A stretch of 64,000 nt of DNA, taken from contig CAVWHX010000003.1 in NCBI GenBank assembly GCA_963754925.1, forward strand, positions 320,001 through 384,000, read 5' to 3'. Positions within the stretch are counted from its first letter, which is position 1; each line of letters opens with the position of its first letter. The DNA is from an uncultured delta proteobacterium (GTDB lineage Bacteria; Myxococcota; B64-G9). The notes under the pieces were generated by a model. The model had not been told where the DNA came from, ran no database searches, and saw nothing but the letters and a program-made list of their open reading frames with translations. The translations under genes and the position numbers were made by a program. Shown here piece after piece: positions 10,203 to 21,029 of this stretch.

Positions 10203-10847
10203 TTACCTCCAAGAAAGAAGGTAGACGGCGCTGTGATCCTTGTCCGATTGCTTTTCCAGCACGACCTTCCCTTCAACAGCAGACAACGCAAGCACCGCCT
10301 GAAAACATCCGGCAATGCCGATGAGGTAGGAATGACTGCTCGCCATCTCGAGCGGCATGTTGTTCAACAAAATTCGTACGGTGTGTTTATCCTTTTCGAC
10401 AATCGCCAGCTCGCCGCAGTGGCGATGGATGGCTTTCCAGATCTGGGGCCCGAGTTTGAAGACCGTCGAGGGCTTGGTCTTGAACAGATTAATGGCCGTT
10501 CGAAAGAAGGGGCCAACGACAAACGAGTTGATCGACAAGGTAAACGACTTCATTCCCAATTGGCGAACCTCAGCTTCACCTAACTCAGCCAGCGCACAGG
10601 CTACCAGCTCGAGGTTTACCGCAAGCGGAAGCCATTCATCTTCCTTAGCCTTCTCAATGGCCTGGAAGGTATCTTTAGAAAGCTGACTCAGCACCCGCTT
10701 TTTCTTCTCTTCACCGAGTGATTCCAGCGCCAAAAGTTCGCTTTTAACCTGACGACAATGAACCTCCGGCCGTTTTTCGTTAATTCCCACGGTAACACCT
10801 TTTTTCTTCAGTATAATGTCTATTGATTTTAATAGGTTGCCGTTCAT
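10203..10847 (-). CDS. DUF2378/V4R-like hypothetical protein
   Basis: EWLPL motif, IAGC near the C-terminus and terminal LSW; similar layout to 3046-3603. Confidence 0.5.
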   Translation of the reverse strand: MNGNLLKSIDIILKKKGVTVGINEKRPEVHCRQVKSELLALESLGEEKKKRVLSQLSKDTFQAIEKAKEDEWLPLAVNLELVACALAELGEAEVRQLGMKSFTLSINSFVVGPFFRTAINLFKTKPSTVFKLGPQIWKAIHRHCGELAIVEKDKHTVRILLNNMPLEMASSHSYLIGIAGCFQAVLALSAVEGKVVLEKQSDKDHSAVYLLSWR

Positions 10848-10966
10848 CTTAACTTCCTATTCCCTAAGTATATATTACATGATATTCAGACCTTTTTCAA
10901 TGTGCGCAGGTGGCGCTGCCATGGGTGCATGTGTGCCCTCGAGCGCGTCGGCGCGGGGGTGAGATC

Positions 10967-12208
10967 ATGAGCATGAATCGGTCGCAACCACGTTTGGGTG
11001 CCGTTACCTCACAGGATGTTGAGGATGTCCTGCGATTCACCAGCGAGGTAGTGACCGGCTATCCGGATCGGAACATCGGCAGCAACAACTGCCGGAAAGC
11101 GTCTGCCAGAATCGCCGAGGAGCTCGGCAAGTATTGTGACCCGGGAACGGTCAAGATTGAGTCATTTACCTGCCATCCCAAGGCATTCCTACATTATTTG
11201 AGATACATGCCATTACTGATGGTGATGGCCACGGTACTTTCGTATTTCAACCAACCGCTGCTATCATTGCTCGCGGTCGTCGCATTTTTTGCCATATTCT
11301 ACCCGCAATCGTTCTTCTATTGGCAGTGGTATGATGGTTTTTTTCCGAAAGTAACCGGCTACAACGTTTACGGCACCCTTGAACCCGACCAGGAAGTCAA
11401 ACAGCAGATCGTCCTTTGCGGCCATCATGATGCCACCTACACGTTTCGATTCTTAGAAAAGACGCCGAACCTCTATGTGTACATTAATTACCTCGAGGTC
11501 GGCGCGTTCAATGTTGCCTTGCTTCTAACTCTCTACACCCTCATCGTGGGATCGACGCCGGCATGGGTTCCTATCGTTTTGGGCGTTTTGACACTAGGGT
11601 CGCTACCCTATTTCTGGTTTGTAGGCAATACTATCTCGCCGGGAGCCGGCGACAATATGATCGCGACAGCGATGATTGCCGGGGCTGCTCGATTGCTTAA
11701 ACGCCGGGACGGAAAATCCGCCCTGAAGCACACCCGTATCATAATTCTATCAACAGACGGAGAGGAGGCCGGCCTGCGGGGATCGCGTGCCTTCATTGCA
11801 GCCCACCGAAACGAATTGAAAGGCATCAAAACCTATACCCTTGCACTGGATACGTTCTATAGAGCCGATCATTTGATTTTCTTCTACGAAGATCTCAATC
11901 GGACGGTAAAGCTCTCCCGGGCAATGGCCGTTGAGCTGCAACAGGTAGCCGCAGCATTGGGGTATACCACCAGGGTGGGCAGAATCCCGCTCGGTGCTGG
12001 CGCCACCGACGCCGCCAGCTTCGGGGCAGCCGGCATCGAAACCTCGGCTATGTTAACACTTCCTCAGAGTATCTGGCATTGGCCTGACTGGTTTGTGTAC
12101 CACACGAGCCGTGACACGGTTGATGCAATTGAGCCGAATGTCGTGGAGCGCTCACTCAACATCATTGAGGCGTACGTGCGAAAGAAAGACTCCGAGGTCT
12201 CCCACTAG
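10967..12208 (+). CDS. Membrane-inserted M28-family zinc peptidase
   Basis: GHHDA, PGAGDN, DGEEAGLRGS, TDAASF and YHTSRDT motifs with two TM-pair insertions. Confidence 0.85.
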   Translation: MSMNRSQPRLGAVTSQDVEDVLRFTSEVVTGYPDRNIGSNNCRKASARIAEELGKYCDPGTVKIESFTCHPKAFLHYLRYMPLLMVMATVLSYFNQPLLSLLAVVAFFAIFYPQSFFYWQWYDGFFPKVTGYNVYGTLEPDQEVKQQIVLCGHHDATYTFRFLEKTPNLYVYINYLEVGAFNVALLLTLYTLIVGSTPAWVPIVLGVLTLGSLPYFWFVGNTISPGAGDNMIATAMIAGAARLLKRRDGKSALKHTRIIILSTDGEEAGLRGSRAFIAAHRNELKGIKTYTLALDTFYRADHLIFFYEDLNRTVKLSRAMAVELQQVAAALGYTTRVGRIPLGAGATDAASFGAAGIETSAMLTLPQSIWHWPDWFVYHTSRDTVDAIEPNVVERSLNIIEAYVRKKDSEVSH

Positions 12209-12237
12209 GACAACCAGGGTACCGCAGGGCATATTTA

Positions 12238-13581
12238 CTATCTATATACTCCGTATTTCCGTGAAAATTCTATCAACGCCCGGACATTAGCCGCCTTGGC
12301 GCCCTGCATTCCCGCGCCGGTTGATAAGATGAATCCGCCGCCTTTGCCCGCTGTGTCGATGAGTTTTTTACCATAGTCTTTCACCGCATCGGGTGTTGCG
12401 GTGCAGAGCAAATCCAAGGGAACGTTGCCGGCTATACAGGCAACCCGACCGACCGTTTCTTTTGCCAGGGCCATGTCCGTGCTATCGAACCACCACACGG
12501 TTTTTCCTTTTGGGAGATCGCTGATAATTTCGAGACGTCGGTTGTACCCGCCTTCGGCGAACAGTTGCGGGACCAGGCCGGCATCGACTAAGCCGATAAT
12601 AACCTTTCTCAACGTTGGCCAATAGAAAACCTTGAACTGCTCGTTGGACATAAAACCGTCGGCACCCTTGTGCAGCGGGATAAACGGCATGATATGGCCG
12701 GCTGCCTTGCACGACGCCACACCGTATTTGACCATAAATGGGACGATCCGTTCGCATGCCTCCATGAGTTGGTCGGGACGTTTGAACAGGTCGATGAGCA
12801 CCCCGCGCGTGCCCCTAAGGCTGTCGCCAATGACGTCAAAAGGCGCCTTGGATATTCCCGCCGAAAACGATGGGAACCCTTTGCCCATAATCGATGCGTT
12901 GATACGCGTTACTACCGACAGCCAGGTATTGATCTCATCTCCCGCGTTCATAAGCTTTCGCAATGCCGATTTCATCTCCGGCATTCCAAAAGGCGCAAGC
13001 GCCGACGGCACCATAATTATTTCATGCACCGGCGGCAGGAGCGGCATTTTCCCCAAGTCTTTCAACTCATTGAAGATACGAGGAAAATAGACATACAGGA
13101 AAAACCCCGTGGGATCATCGATGAGATCCTGATATTCCTCTGCCTTCATGTACTCGCGTTCTACGAATTGGTACTCCTGATTCTCCCTCAGACCATGCCC
13201 GGCCCACTGGTACAGATTGAAATCCAAAATATCGAGCGGCTTACCGGGGACGACCGTGCGGGGAGCCCCATAGGCGTCGGGGGAAAAATCGGTGTGATAC
13301 TTTTCCCAGGCGTAAGCCAGTTTGTCATAATCGTACATGGCGTCGTGCCAGTTAATGCCGGCATATTCGATCGGAAAGTGTCCGACGGAAGGACAGATCG
13401 GGACGCGGGCGGGCGTCTTCTTCATTTGAATGGCGTCCTTGATGATGGTCACGCGTTCTTGATAGGCCGCCTTGGCTTCCGGGCTTACGAAGGGGATAGT
13501 TCCCCCCGCAAGCCAGACACTAAACTGCTGTTCCTGCTTTTCCGCCGCATCCGGGGATAGGTTCAGCCATCTCTCGGTCAT
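12238..13581 (-). CDS. Uroporphyrinogen-decarboxylase-superfamily (MtaA/CmuA-like) methyltransferase
   Basis: PFDVIGDSLRG, PLHKGADGFMSNEQF, FAEG, CIAGNVP and GGGFILSTG motifs; adjacent to a corrinoid protein. Confidence 0.8.
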   Translation of the reverse strand: MTERWLNLSPDAAEKQEQQFSVWLAGGTIPFVSPEAKAAYQERVTIIKDAIQMKKTPARVPICPSVGHFPIEYAGINWHDAMYDYDKLAYAWEKYHTDFSPDAYGAPRTVVPGKPLDILDFNLYQWAGHGLRENQEYQFVEREYMKAEEYQDLIDDPTGFFLYVYFPRIFNELKDLGKMPLLPPVHEIIMVPSALAPFGMPEMKSALRKLMNAGDEINTWLSVVTRINASIMGKGFPSFSAGISKAPFDVIGDSLRGTRGVLIDLFKRPDQLMEACERIVPFMVKYGVASCKAAGHIMPFIPLHKGADGFMSNEQFKVFYWPTLRKVIIGLVDAGLVPQLFAEGGYNRRLEIISDLPKGKTVWWFDSTDMALAKETVGRVACIAGNVPLDLLCTATPDAVKDYGKKLIDTAGKGGGFILSTGAGMQGAKAANVRALIEFSRKYGVYR

Positions 13582-13616
13582 GGTATTGGTATCCAATCCC
13601 GCGGGTGCTAAAGCGA

Positions 13617-14243
13617 TCACCTGGTCCACGTTTTGGCCAGGGTGACGCCGGCGATGGCGTCCTTGCCAAAAGCATCCGCGCCCGCATATTTTCTTATGTT
13701 GTCGCTCATCTGACCGCCGCCGATCATGATTTTTACCCGTTCGCGCAAACCGGCCTCCTCGATCGCCCGTACGGTATTCTTCATGGAGTCGTAGGCGACG
13801 GTGAGAAGACCGCTCAGTCCCAGTACCTGGGGCTTATAGTCCTCAATCGCTTTCACGAATGCGGCGGGTGAAACATCGACGCCGACGTCGTGCACCTTAA
13901 AACCATTGACGTCGAGTAAAAAGGCCACGATGTCCTTGCCGATGTCATGAACGTCTCCCTCCACGGTTCCGATCAACACCGTGCCCTTTTTAGTCAACGC
14001 AGCGCCGCCCGGCGTTTTCGGCTTAACCATCTCCGAGATCTGTTTCACTATCTCTCCGGCCATCATGAGTTCGGGAAGGAAATATTCGCCGGCCTCAAAA
14101 CGCTTCCCGACGATCTCCATGGCCTGGGAACAGCGCTCTACTATTTGCATGAGGTCTTCACCGGCATCGATCAAACGCTTCGCAATCGCCAGGGCTTCTT
14201 GTTCCTTCATAGTGCTTATCGCATCGACAAATTCCTCAAACAT
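13617..14243 (-). CDS. Corrinoid (B12-binding) methyl-carrier protein
   Basis: MEIVGKRFEAGEYFLPEL cap domain; GDVHDIGK (DxHxxG), SGLLT and IGGG motifs. Confidence 0.92.
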   Translation of the reverse strand: MFEEFVDAISTMKEQEALAIAKRLIDAGEDLMQIVERCSQAMEIVGKRFEAGEYFLPELMMAGEIVKQISEMVKPKTPGGAALTKKGTVLIGTVEGDVHDIGKDIVAFLLDVNGFKVHDVGVDVSPAAFVKAIEDYKPQVLGLSGLLTVAYDSMKNTVRAIEEAGLRERVKIMIGGGQMSDNIRKYAGADAFGKDAIAGVTLAKTWTR

Positions 14244-14315
14244 CGTGTGCTCTCCCTCGCCCAGTATACGACCGCATCTGAGCTCTGATGGACTGACCGC
14301 AATCGGGAAAATTTT

Positions 14316-15197
14316 TCAGCCCGCATACTCTCTAATCAACTTACCAATTGCAAGAATATATTCCGGGCTGGTACCGCAGCAACCGCCGATGAATTTGGCG
14401 CCGGCCGGTATCAGTTCAGCCGCGCCATCGGCAAATTCTTGTGGTCCCGTTTTGTACACCGCCACACCATGCTCGATCGAAGGCAGACCGGCGTTCGGTT
14501 TCATCCACAGCGGAAGGTCGGTGAGGCCGCGCATGCGCTTGCAGATCGGTATAAATCCCCCGACACCCTGTCCGCAGTTGGCGCCGATGACGTCCACCCC
14601 CGCATCGGCAAACGAATGCACGACGCTCTCTATGGTATCACCCATCATGGTCCGATCCTTTTCCTTGCCCGCATCAAATACCATGCAGGCTACCACCGCG
14701 AGCCCGGTCCTTTTCGCCGCCGTTATCGCCGTCAGCGCCTCGCGCACATCCATCATGGTCTCGATGACTATTCCCTCCGCACCACCCTCCTGAATCGCCC
14801 GCGCTTGTTCGTCAAACGCGGCCTGTAAATCAGTCGATGTGACCTCTTTTCGCATGAGCAGTTTCCCGGAGGGACCCATTGAACCAAATACCTGCGCTCG
14901 ACCTGAAGCCGCCCTTTTGGAAATTTCCACCCCGGCCTTATTGATGCTGCGCACCTGATCGGCAAGCCCGACCTTCCCTAAAACGTATCGGTTTGCGCCG
15001 AAGGTGTTGGTCAAAACGATTCTGCTCCCGGCATCAACATATTCCCGCGGTATTTCCTCCACGGCACGGGGATTGGTCAGGTTCCACGAATCAGGGTTTT
15101 CGCCGGGCTTCAATCCCTTCTTTTGCAGCTCGGTTCCCCAGGCGCCATCGGTAATGACGATACCGCTACTGGTTATTTCCTGTATCAGGGTATGCAT
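14316..15197 (-). CDS. Homocysteine S-methyltransferase domain (stand-alone MetH N-terminal module)
   Basis: DGAWGT, TNTFGAN, IETM, GANCG, PNAGLP and GGCCGT zinc ligands. Confidence 0.9.
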   Translation of the reverse strand: MHTLIQEITSSGIVITDGAWGTELQKKGLKPGENPDSWNLTNPRAVEEIPREYVDAGSRIVLTNTFGANRYVLGKVGLADQVRSINKAGVEISKRAASGRAQVFGSMGPSGKLLMRKEVTSTDLQAAFDEQARAIQEGGAEGIVIETMMDVREALTAITAAKRTGLAVVACMVFDAGKEKDRTMMGDTIESVVHSFADAGVDVIGANCGQGVGGFIPICKRMRGLTDLPLWMKPNAGLPSIEHGVAVYKTGPQEFADGAAELIPAGAKFIGGCCGTSPEYILAIGKLIREYAG

Positions 15198-15298
15198 GGC
15201 ATCTCTCTCCTGCAATAAGACTAGCGATTATGCAACTGTCGTGGATTCTACAGATTTTTATGACAGGCTCAACAAATCTTCCCGATGTCGTACTACCT

Positions 15299-16426
15299 TC
15301 AAATCGACATGCTATAGCGAAAAACAGTTCCTTCTTCTTCGGCGGAAGTAAAGTCTATCTTCCCGCCCAAGATTTCTTCCCCGAATAGTTTCATGGAATA
15401 GGTTCCCAGTCCTCTGCCGATTCCGGACTTTGTGCTGAAATTGCGCTGAAATATTCTTTTTGCAACGGTTGCAGGCATCGGTTTCTTGTTGTGGACACAA
15501 AAAGAGATCTTTCCCTCTACGATATCAACCCATACTTTTACTTCTTCACCTTCTTCTGTTTCTTCGAAAGCGTTGGTAATCATGTTACTGATAACTCTCA
15601 AAAATAAAGAAGCATCGGTATTAATATCAACATTCGGGAATTCGCTGGGAAGGGCCAACCTTCTATTTTTCGAAACGGGATTATTGGCAAAAATATCCTT
15701 AATATCCTGGAAAACCTGAGCCAGAGAAATGGGGCTCATCACGGGTTGGTAAACACAAGCCTCCGTTTGACAAAGACATTGTTGCATTGAAACTTCGCTA
15801 GCGAGGCGTGATGAGAGTCGGTAAACGGTCTTCGACAGATCTCTTATATCTTGTGTCGATTCTGATGAAATCAAAGTGCTCGCACTTAATATTCCGCTAA
15901 TAATGCCGTTGACGTCATGAAAGAAAACTCTTTCGAGCGCCGCGAGTCGCTGGTGATAGGTGATATCTTGCAGAAACAACAACTGATAGCGATTCGTATT
16001 GTACAGTATCGGTACGCAGCGGACTCGAAAATATACATCCTGTTTTTTTCCTGATTCTTCTGAGGTAAGAGCGCATTCTCGTTCGACGGGACGGTTTTTT
16101 GCAAGACTTGAAACTATGCTTATCGCTGCGCCGCAGGTCGAACAGAATTCACTCGTTCCGCACCCGCCCGGCATCTCATTCGAATGTATGCACTTCAAGG
16201 CTTCTCCGGGTCGAAGTCCGAAGACCTTGTCGGTATCAGTGATTCCCAACAGCATCAACAAGGAATCATTGAGAGCCACGATTTGACGATTGCTGTTCAG
16301 GACTGCCAGAAGCCCGTTGACAGAGTGCAACAATGCGTTGATGATGGCGTTATTGCCGATAAACTCTATCTCAGCCTTCAGGTTGTCGGCGCTTGAACGA
16401 TCTGGGGAGGCGAAATAGGTCTTCAT
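15299..16426 (-). CDS. Sensor histidine kinase with a Cys-rich PAS-like input
   Basis: FFHDVNG H-box, NMITNAFE, FSTKSGIGRGLG; C-x9-CG-x4-CxxC cluster in the N-terminal half. Confidence 0.85.
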   Translation of the reverse strand: MKTYFASPDRSSADNLKAEIEFIGNNAIINALLHSVNGLLAVLNSNRQIVALNDSLLMLLGITDTDKVFGLRPGEALKCIHSNEMPGGCGTSEFCSTCGAAISIVSSLAKNRPVERECALTSEESGKKQDVYFRVRCVPILYNTNRYQLLFLQDITYHQRLAALERVFFHDVNGIISGILSASTLISSESTQDIRDLSKTVYRLSSRLASEVSMQQCLCQTEACVYQPVMSPISLAQVFQDIKDIFANNPVSKNRRLALPSEFPNVDINTDASLFLRVISNMITNAFEETEEGEEVKVWVDIVEGKISFCVHNKKPMPATVAKRIFQRNFSTKSGIGRGLGTYSMKLFGEEILGGKIDFTSAEEEGTVFRYSMSI

Positions 16427-16788
16427 GGGGTTTCCTTTCTCCGCTGGTCAGGGGATTTCTCCAGCGATTCCCCACTGGCTGCTGCTGCACCAATCGAACG
16501 ATGTTCCAGGCTGTTGTTAACACATGAATAGTTCAAAACTATACCGTCAGTCAAGACAAGATTATATGTTTTCATGGAATAATTCTGAAAAACGTGCGCA
16601 TGGCAAACCAAGGGGGGACGAGACATCAAGCTGATTCCCGATTGCAGGGAGCTGCTGTCTCTTTTTCCTTGACCTGCTGAAAGTTTCAAATACCATGACC
16701 CCTGATTTTGTGAAGTACTGCTGGTACTGATCACTGTGGGATAGGTATCTGATTATACGGCAGCTATCAGACGTGGAGGATCGGGAGC

Positions 16789-17178
16789 ATGAATATTCCG
16801 GCCGATCTTAAGTTCACCAAGGAGCACGAGTGGGTCCGGGTGGAAGGGAAACTGGCGACCGTGGGCATCACCGACTACGCCCAGGAGGAACTCGGCGACA
16901 TTGTCAATGTGGAGTTGCCCTCGGAGGGCGACGAGGTCCACAAGGACGAGCCGCTCGGCAATGTGGAATCGGTGAAGGCATCGAGCGAGGTGTTTGCGCC
17001 GGTAAGCGGCACCGTGGCTGAGGTCAACGAGCCGCTGATGGATGCGCCTGAAACCATCAATGAAGATCCGTTCGATGAGGGTTGGATGGTGCGCATCGAG
17101 ATGAGCAAACCCGCCGAGCTCAAGGAACTGATGGACGCCGCCGCCTACCGGGCCTATATCCAGGAAGAATCTAAGTAG
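16789..17178 (+). CDS. gcvH: Glycine cleavage system H protein
   Basis: [23 protein letters not shown] (lipoyl Lys). Confidence 0.96.
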   Translation: MNIPADLKFTKEHEWVRVEGKLATVGITDYAQEELGDIVNVELPSEGDEVHKDEPLGNVESVKASSEVFAPVSGTVAEVNEPLMDAPETINEDPFDEGWMVRIEMSKPAELKELMDAAAYRAYIQEESK

Positions 17179-17353
17179 GTAGCTACTCAGGTAACAAGCA
17201 ATGACATTTATTAAAGCGGCGCAGATCGGCCCGGTTGGCAAGGAGAGAATGAGGATGGAAGCGGAGCAACCTATTTTGGTTGTGAGCATTCCACCGGAAT
17301 TCTCGACGCAGCCAGACGGGCCGAGGTGCGCCGCCACGTAGAAAGGTGCTTCC

Positions 17354-18700
17354 GTGCGCTACATCCCTCACACTGAGGCAGAAATCCGCCATATGCTTGA
17401 GGCGCTGGGGATGAATACGGTTGACCAGCTCTTTGCGTGTATCCCCCCTCGCCTCAGGCTCGGCCAGGAATTGGCGGTGCCTCCTGCGCTCGACGAGGAG
17501 TCGCTCATACGCACACTTTCCGCGTTGTCCGTTCGCAACAGCGGTTCGTCCGATCGCATGGCGGTGTTTCTCGGCGCTGGCGCCTACGCCCACCATATCC
17601 CCGCCGCCGTGGATCAACTACTGTTGCGGGGTGAGTTCTTTACTGCCTACACCCCGTATCAAGCCGAGGTCAGCCAAGGAACTCTGCAAGCCATCTTTGA
17701 ATACCAATCGATGATGGCCGAGCTTTTGGGCACCGATGTGGTTAACGCATCGATGTACGACGGCGCTTCAGCCACCGCCGAAGCAGTACTCATGGCGCTG
17801 CGACTCAAAAAGAAACGACGCACCATCCTTTTCGCCCGTGCGCTGCATCCCGAGGTGCGCAACACCTGCCGAACGTATCTTCGCGAGAACCACCATGCGC
17901 CGGACGATATTCCCTTTGACCCAAGCGGCCGGACCAACCTCGCTGCCCTGCGCGGGAAGCTCGATAGCGGCGTAGCCGCGGTCGTCATCCAGCAGCCGAA
18001 CGCCCTGGGTTGCATCGAGCCGCTCGATGAGATCGCAGCGATCGTTCATGAAGCCGACGCGGTGTTGGTGGCGGTGGTGCTCGAGCCGGTCTCGCTCGGA
18101 TTACTGGAAGCGCCCGGCACTCTGGGCGCCGACATCGTCACCGGCGAGGGCCTCGGGCTTTCGGTGGGATTGAACTTTGGCGGGCCGGGGTTAGGCATCT
18201 TCGGCTGTTCGAAGAAAAACTCCTGGCAGATGCCCGGCCGATTAGTCGGCGAGACCACAGACAATCGCGGCCAGCGGGCGTTCGTTCTGACCATGTCCTC
18301 CCGCGAGCAACACATCCGCCGGGCGCGGGCCACCTCAAACATTTGCTCCAATGAAGGGCTGTGCAGTTTGGCGGCGGCCATCAATCTGTCGTTGCTCGGC
18401 AAGACTGGCTTTACCGCGTTGGCCCGTGCCAATGCCGCCAACGCCCGCGCCACCCTGGCGCGCTTGATGAAGATCCCGGGAGTCGCGCGGGCCTTCTCAG
18501 CGCCATTTTTCAACGAGTTTGCGGTTCGTATCGCCGGCGGTGTGAATGCCGCCTTAAAGAAGCTCGATGCGGCGGGCATTATCAGCGGCCTGGCGCTGGA
18601 TCGTTTCTATCCGGAGCTTTCCGACTGTTTGCTGGTATGTGTGACCGAGCAACACACCCCAGAACAGATCGAGCGGTACATTGCCGCGCTGGCCGGTTGA
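17354..18700 (+). CDS. gcvPA: Glycine dehydrogenase subunit 1
   Basis: MRYIPHT, TAYTPYQAEVSQGTLQ, NASMYDG, REQHIRR..ATSNIC. Confidence 0.95.
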   Translation: MRYIPHTEAEIRHMLEALGMNTVDQLFACIPPRLRLGQELAVPPALDEESLIRTLSALSVRNSGSSDRMAVFLGAGAYAHHIPAAVDQLLLRGEFFTAYTPYQAEVSQGTLQAIFEYQSMMAELLGTDVVNASMYDGASATAEAVLMALRLKKKRRTILFARALHPEVRNTCRTYLRENHHAPDDIPFDPSGRTNLAALRGKLDSGVAAVVIQQPNALGCIEPLDEIAAIVHEADAVLVAVVLEPVSLGLLEAPGTLGADIVTGEGLGLSVGLNFGGPGLGIFGCSKKNSWQMPGRLVGETTDNRGQRAFVLTMSSREQHIRRARATSNICSNEGLCSLAAAINLSLLGKTGFTALARANAANARATLARLMKIPGVARAFSAPFFNEFAVRIAGGVNAALKKLDAAGIISGLALDRFYPELSDCLLVCVTEQHTPEQIERYIAALAG

Positions 18701-18709
18701 AAGGAAATC

Positions 18710-20206
18710 GTGAAAGCCGAGACTCCCAACCGTATGAGCTGCACCGGCATTTCGCATCACGAGCCGTTGATCTTCGAGCGCAGTCGCGCAGGCCGCATCG
18801 GCTGCTCGTTGCCGCCGGCCTTTGGCGATAGCATTGCCGCGGATCACGATATTCCCCCCAACCTGCGCCGCGCTCAGCCGGCCGCACTGCCCGAGGTCGA
18901 TGAGCTGACCGTCGTGCGCCACTTCACGAGACTATCAAGCTGGAACCACAGCATCGACGTCGGCATGTACCCGCTTGGCTCCTGCACCATGAAGTACAAC
19001 CCGCGCGTCAACGAGCAACTCGCGCGCCTTCCTGGTTTTGTTAAGCTGCATCCCTACGCGCCGCTACAGCACTGCCAGGGCGCGCTGCAACTTATGGAGG
19101 AGCTCGCCACCCTCTTAGCCGAAATTTCGGGTTTTGCCCGGGTGAGTTTGCAGCCGGCGGCGGGCGCCCAGGGCGAACTGACCGGCATCATGATGATCCA
19201 CGCCTACCACACGGCGGCAGGCCTACCGCGCCGCACGGTGCTCATCCCGGATACCGCCCACGGCACCAATCCGGCCTCTTCAAAGTTGGCCGGCTACGAG
19301 GTGGTCGAGATTCCCTCCGGACCAGACGGCATCCTCACCCCCGAGGCGGTGCGCCACGCCATGAACGGCGATGTGGCCGCGATTATGCTGACCAACCCCA
19401 ACACGCTGGGATTGTTCGAAAGCCATATCTGCGAGATCGCGCAAGTAGTCCATGACGGCGGTGGATTGGTCTACTGCGACGGCGCCAACCTCAATTCGAT
19501 CGTCGGACTGGCCCGACCCGGCAACATGGGGGTGGACGTGATGCAGTTCAACCTCCACAAGACCTTCGCCACCCCCCACGGCGGCGGAGGACCGGGCGCC
19601 GGGCCGGTGGGGGTAAGCGCCAGGCTGGAGCCCTTCCTGCCGGTGCCTTTGGTTGAAAAACAAGGCGACCGCTACGTCTTGGTTGAAGATCGCCCGCATT
19701 CAATAGGCCGGATGAAAAGCTTCTACGGCAACTTCGCGGTCATGGTGCGGGCGTATGCCTATATCCGGGAGTTGGGCCCGGCTGGTCTCAAGCGTGTTGC
19801 CGAAATGGCCGTGCTCAACGCCAATTATGTGCGCGCCAAGCTCGAAGGTACCTATCACCTGCCGTATGCGCGCTGTCCGATGCACGAGGTCGTTTTCTCG
19901 GACAAAAACCTAGAACCGTATGGCGTCACCACGTTAGATGTGGCCAAGCGCCTGTTAGATTACGGCTTTCACCCGCCGACCGTGTACTTTCCCCTGGTGG
20001 TGCACGGGGCGCTCATGATCGAGCCGACTGAGACCGAATCGCTCGAGACCCTCGACGAGTTCATCGCCGCCATGCTGCGCATCGCCCACGAAGCCGAGAC
20101 CGAACCCGAGACCGTCCGCACTGCGCCGCATAATACCGTGGTCGGAAGGCTGGACGAAGTCAAAGCCGCCCGCGAACCGGTGTTGCGCTGGGAACCAAAG
20201 CCGTAA
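18710..20206 (+). CDS. gcvPB: Glycine dehydrogenase subunit 2
   Basis: PLGSCTMKYNP, AHGTNPAS, NLHKTFATPHGGGGPG (PLP Lys), MIEPTETES. Start may be ATG ~18734. Confidence 0.95.
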   Translation: MKAETPNRMSCTGISHHEPLIFERSRAGRIGCSLPPAFGDSIAADHDIPPNLRRAQPAALPEVDELTVVRHFTRLSSWNHSIDVGMYPLGSCTMKYNPRVNEQLARLPGFVKLHPYAPLQHCQGALQLMEELATLLAEISGFARVSLQPAAGAQGELTGIMMIHAYHTAAGLPRRTVLIPDTAHGTNPASSKLAGYEVVEIPSGPDGILTPEAVRHAMNGDVAAIMLTNPNTLGLFESHICEIAQVVHDGGGLVYCDGANLNSIVGLARPGNMGVDVMQFNLHKTFATPHGGGGPGAGPVGVSARLEPFLPVPLVEKQGDRYVLVEDRPHSIGRMKSFYGNFAVMVRAYAYIRELGPAGLKRVAEMAVLNANYVRAKLEGTYHLPYARCPMHEVVFSDKNLEPYGVTTLDVAKRLLDYGFHPPTVYFPLVVHGALMIEPTETESLETLDEFIAAMLRIAHEAETEPETVRTAPHNTVVGRLDEVKAAREPVLRWEPKP

Positions 20207-20471
20207 ATGTTTATCAACAACCGCGGAGATCCCTAAAAGAATTTCGGTCACATCGGGTGGACCTTGTGCCAGCACGGGTATCGAGGCGGCAGGGCATTTT
20301 GCCCGCTGCAACACCCTCAAAACTAAGCGTAAGCGCACCGCTTTTATAACTGCCTGGACTCGGTTAGTTACTAAGCGTGCTTCTCGATGTGTTCCTTGAT
20401 TGATGATTCGACGGCGCCTAGACGACCTGCGTGATTCTCGACGATTGAAGTTGTGTAGCTAGTAGTCTGTT

Positions 20472-20792
20472 TTATTTCTTAACATCTTCCCTCAACCCGA
20501 TGACCTGCCCTTCAACACTGATTATGCGTCGATCCACCACGTCTAAGCGCTGGTTGACGTTTTTCTCAAACCTATTGAGTCGCTCATTGTTAAGGCTCAA
20601 ACCCTCCCCGATTGCTTTAATCGCTGGGACTTGTTCGTTTTCAATGCGTATGACTGCATGATGAATTTCATCTATGGATTCCTGCATATTTGAAATTGTT
20701 TCTCTCATATTAGCTTGTTTTGGTTTTTTCGTTCTCGATCGGGTCCTCGGTACCAAACGGCGCGCTTTGCCTGACAAGTTCTTTTTCTTCAT
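20472..20792 (-). CDS. Hypothetical coiled-coil protein
   Basis: Basic N-terminus followed by heptad-like helices; no family recognised. Confidence 0.45.
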   Translation of the reverse strand: MKKKNLSGKARRLVPRTRSRTKKPKQANMRETISNMQESIDEIHHAVIRIENEQVPAIKAIGEGLSLNNERLNRFEKNVNQRLDVVDRRIISVEGQVIGLREDVKK

Positions 20793-21029
20793 CGAAATTC
20801 CCTTAAACGGCAAGGACGGTTAACTATCATCCGGTCGTCGGCGAGTCAATAGTCATCCACGTGGCCCTTGTAATTCAACTGGTGGCCCCGTTTTTCGGTT
20901 AGCCGAAATGTGCCGCAGGTGGAAATAAGTACCATTAAGAAACGGAGGTAATGATTCGTTATCTCTATCGCTACTCCCTATTCCTAGACAAATAAATAGA
21001 CTTTTTTCTAAGGACGATTACCGAGGCGC

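Noticed and set aside
17179..17353. Possible glycine riboswitch (GGAGAG and CTCAGG words)
   Set aside because: The motifs are in the wrong order and I could not build the aptamer fold.
20858..20910. Twice-repeated GTGGCCC plus a small hairpin as an IS end relic
   Set aside because: Too short; no partner end or TSD found.
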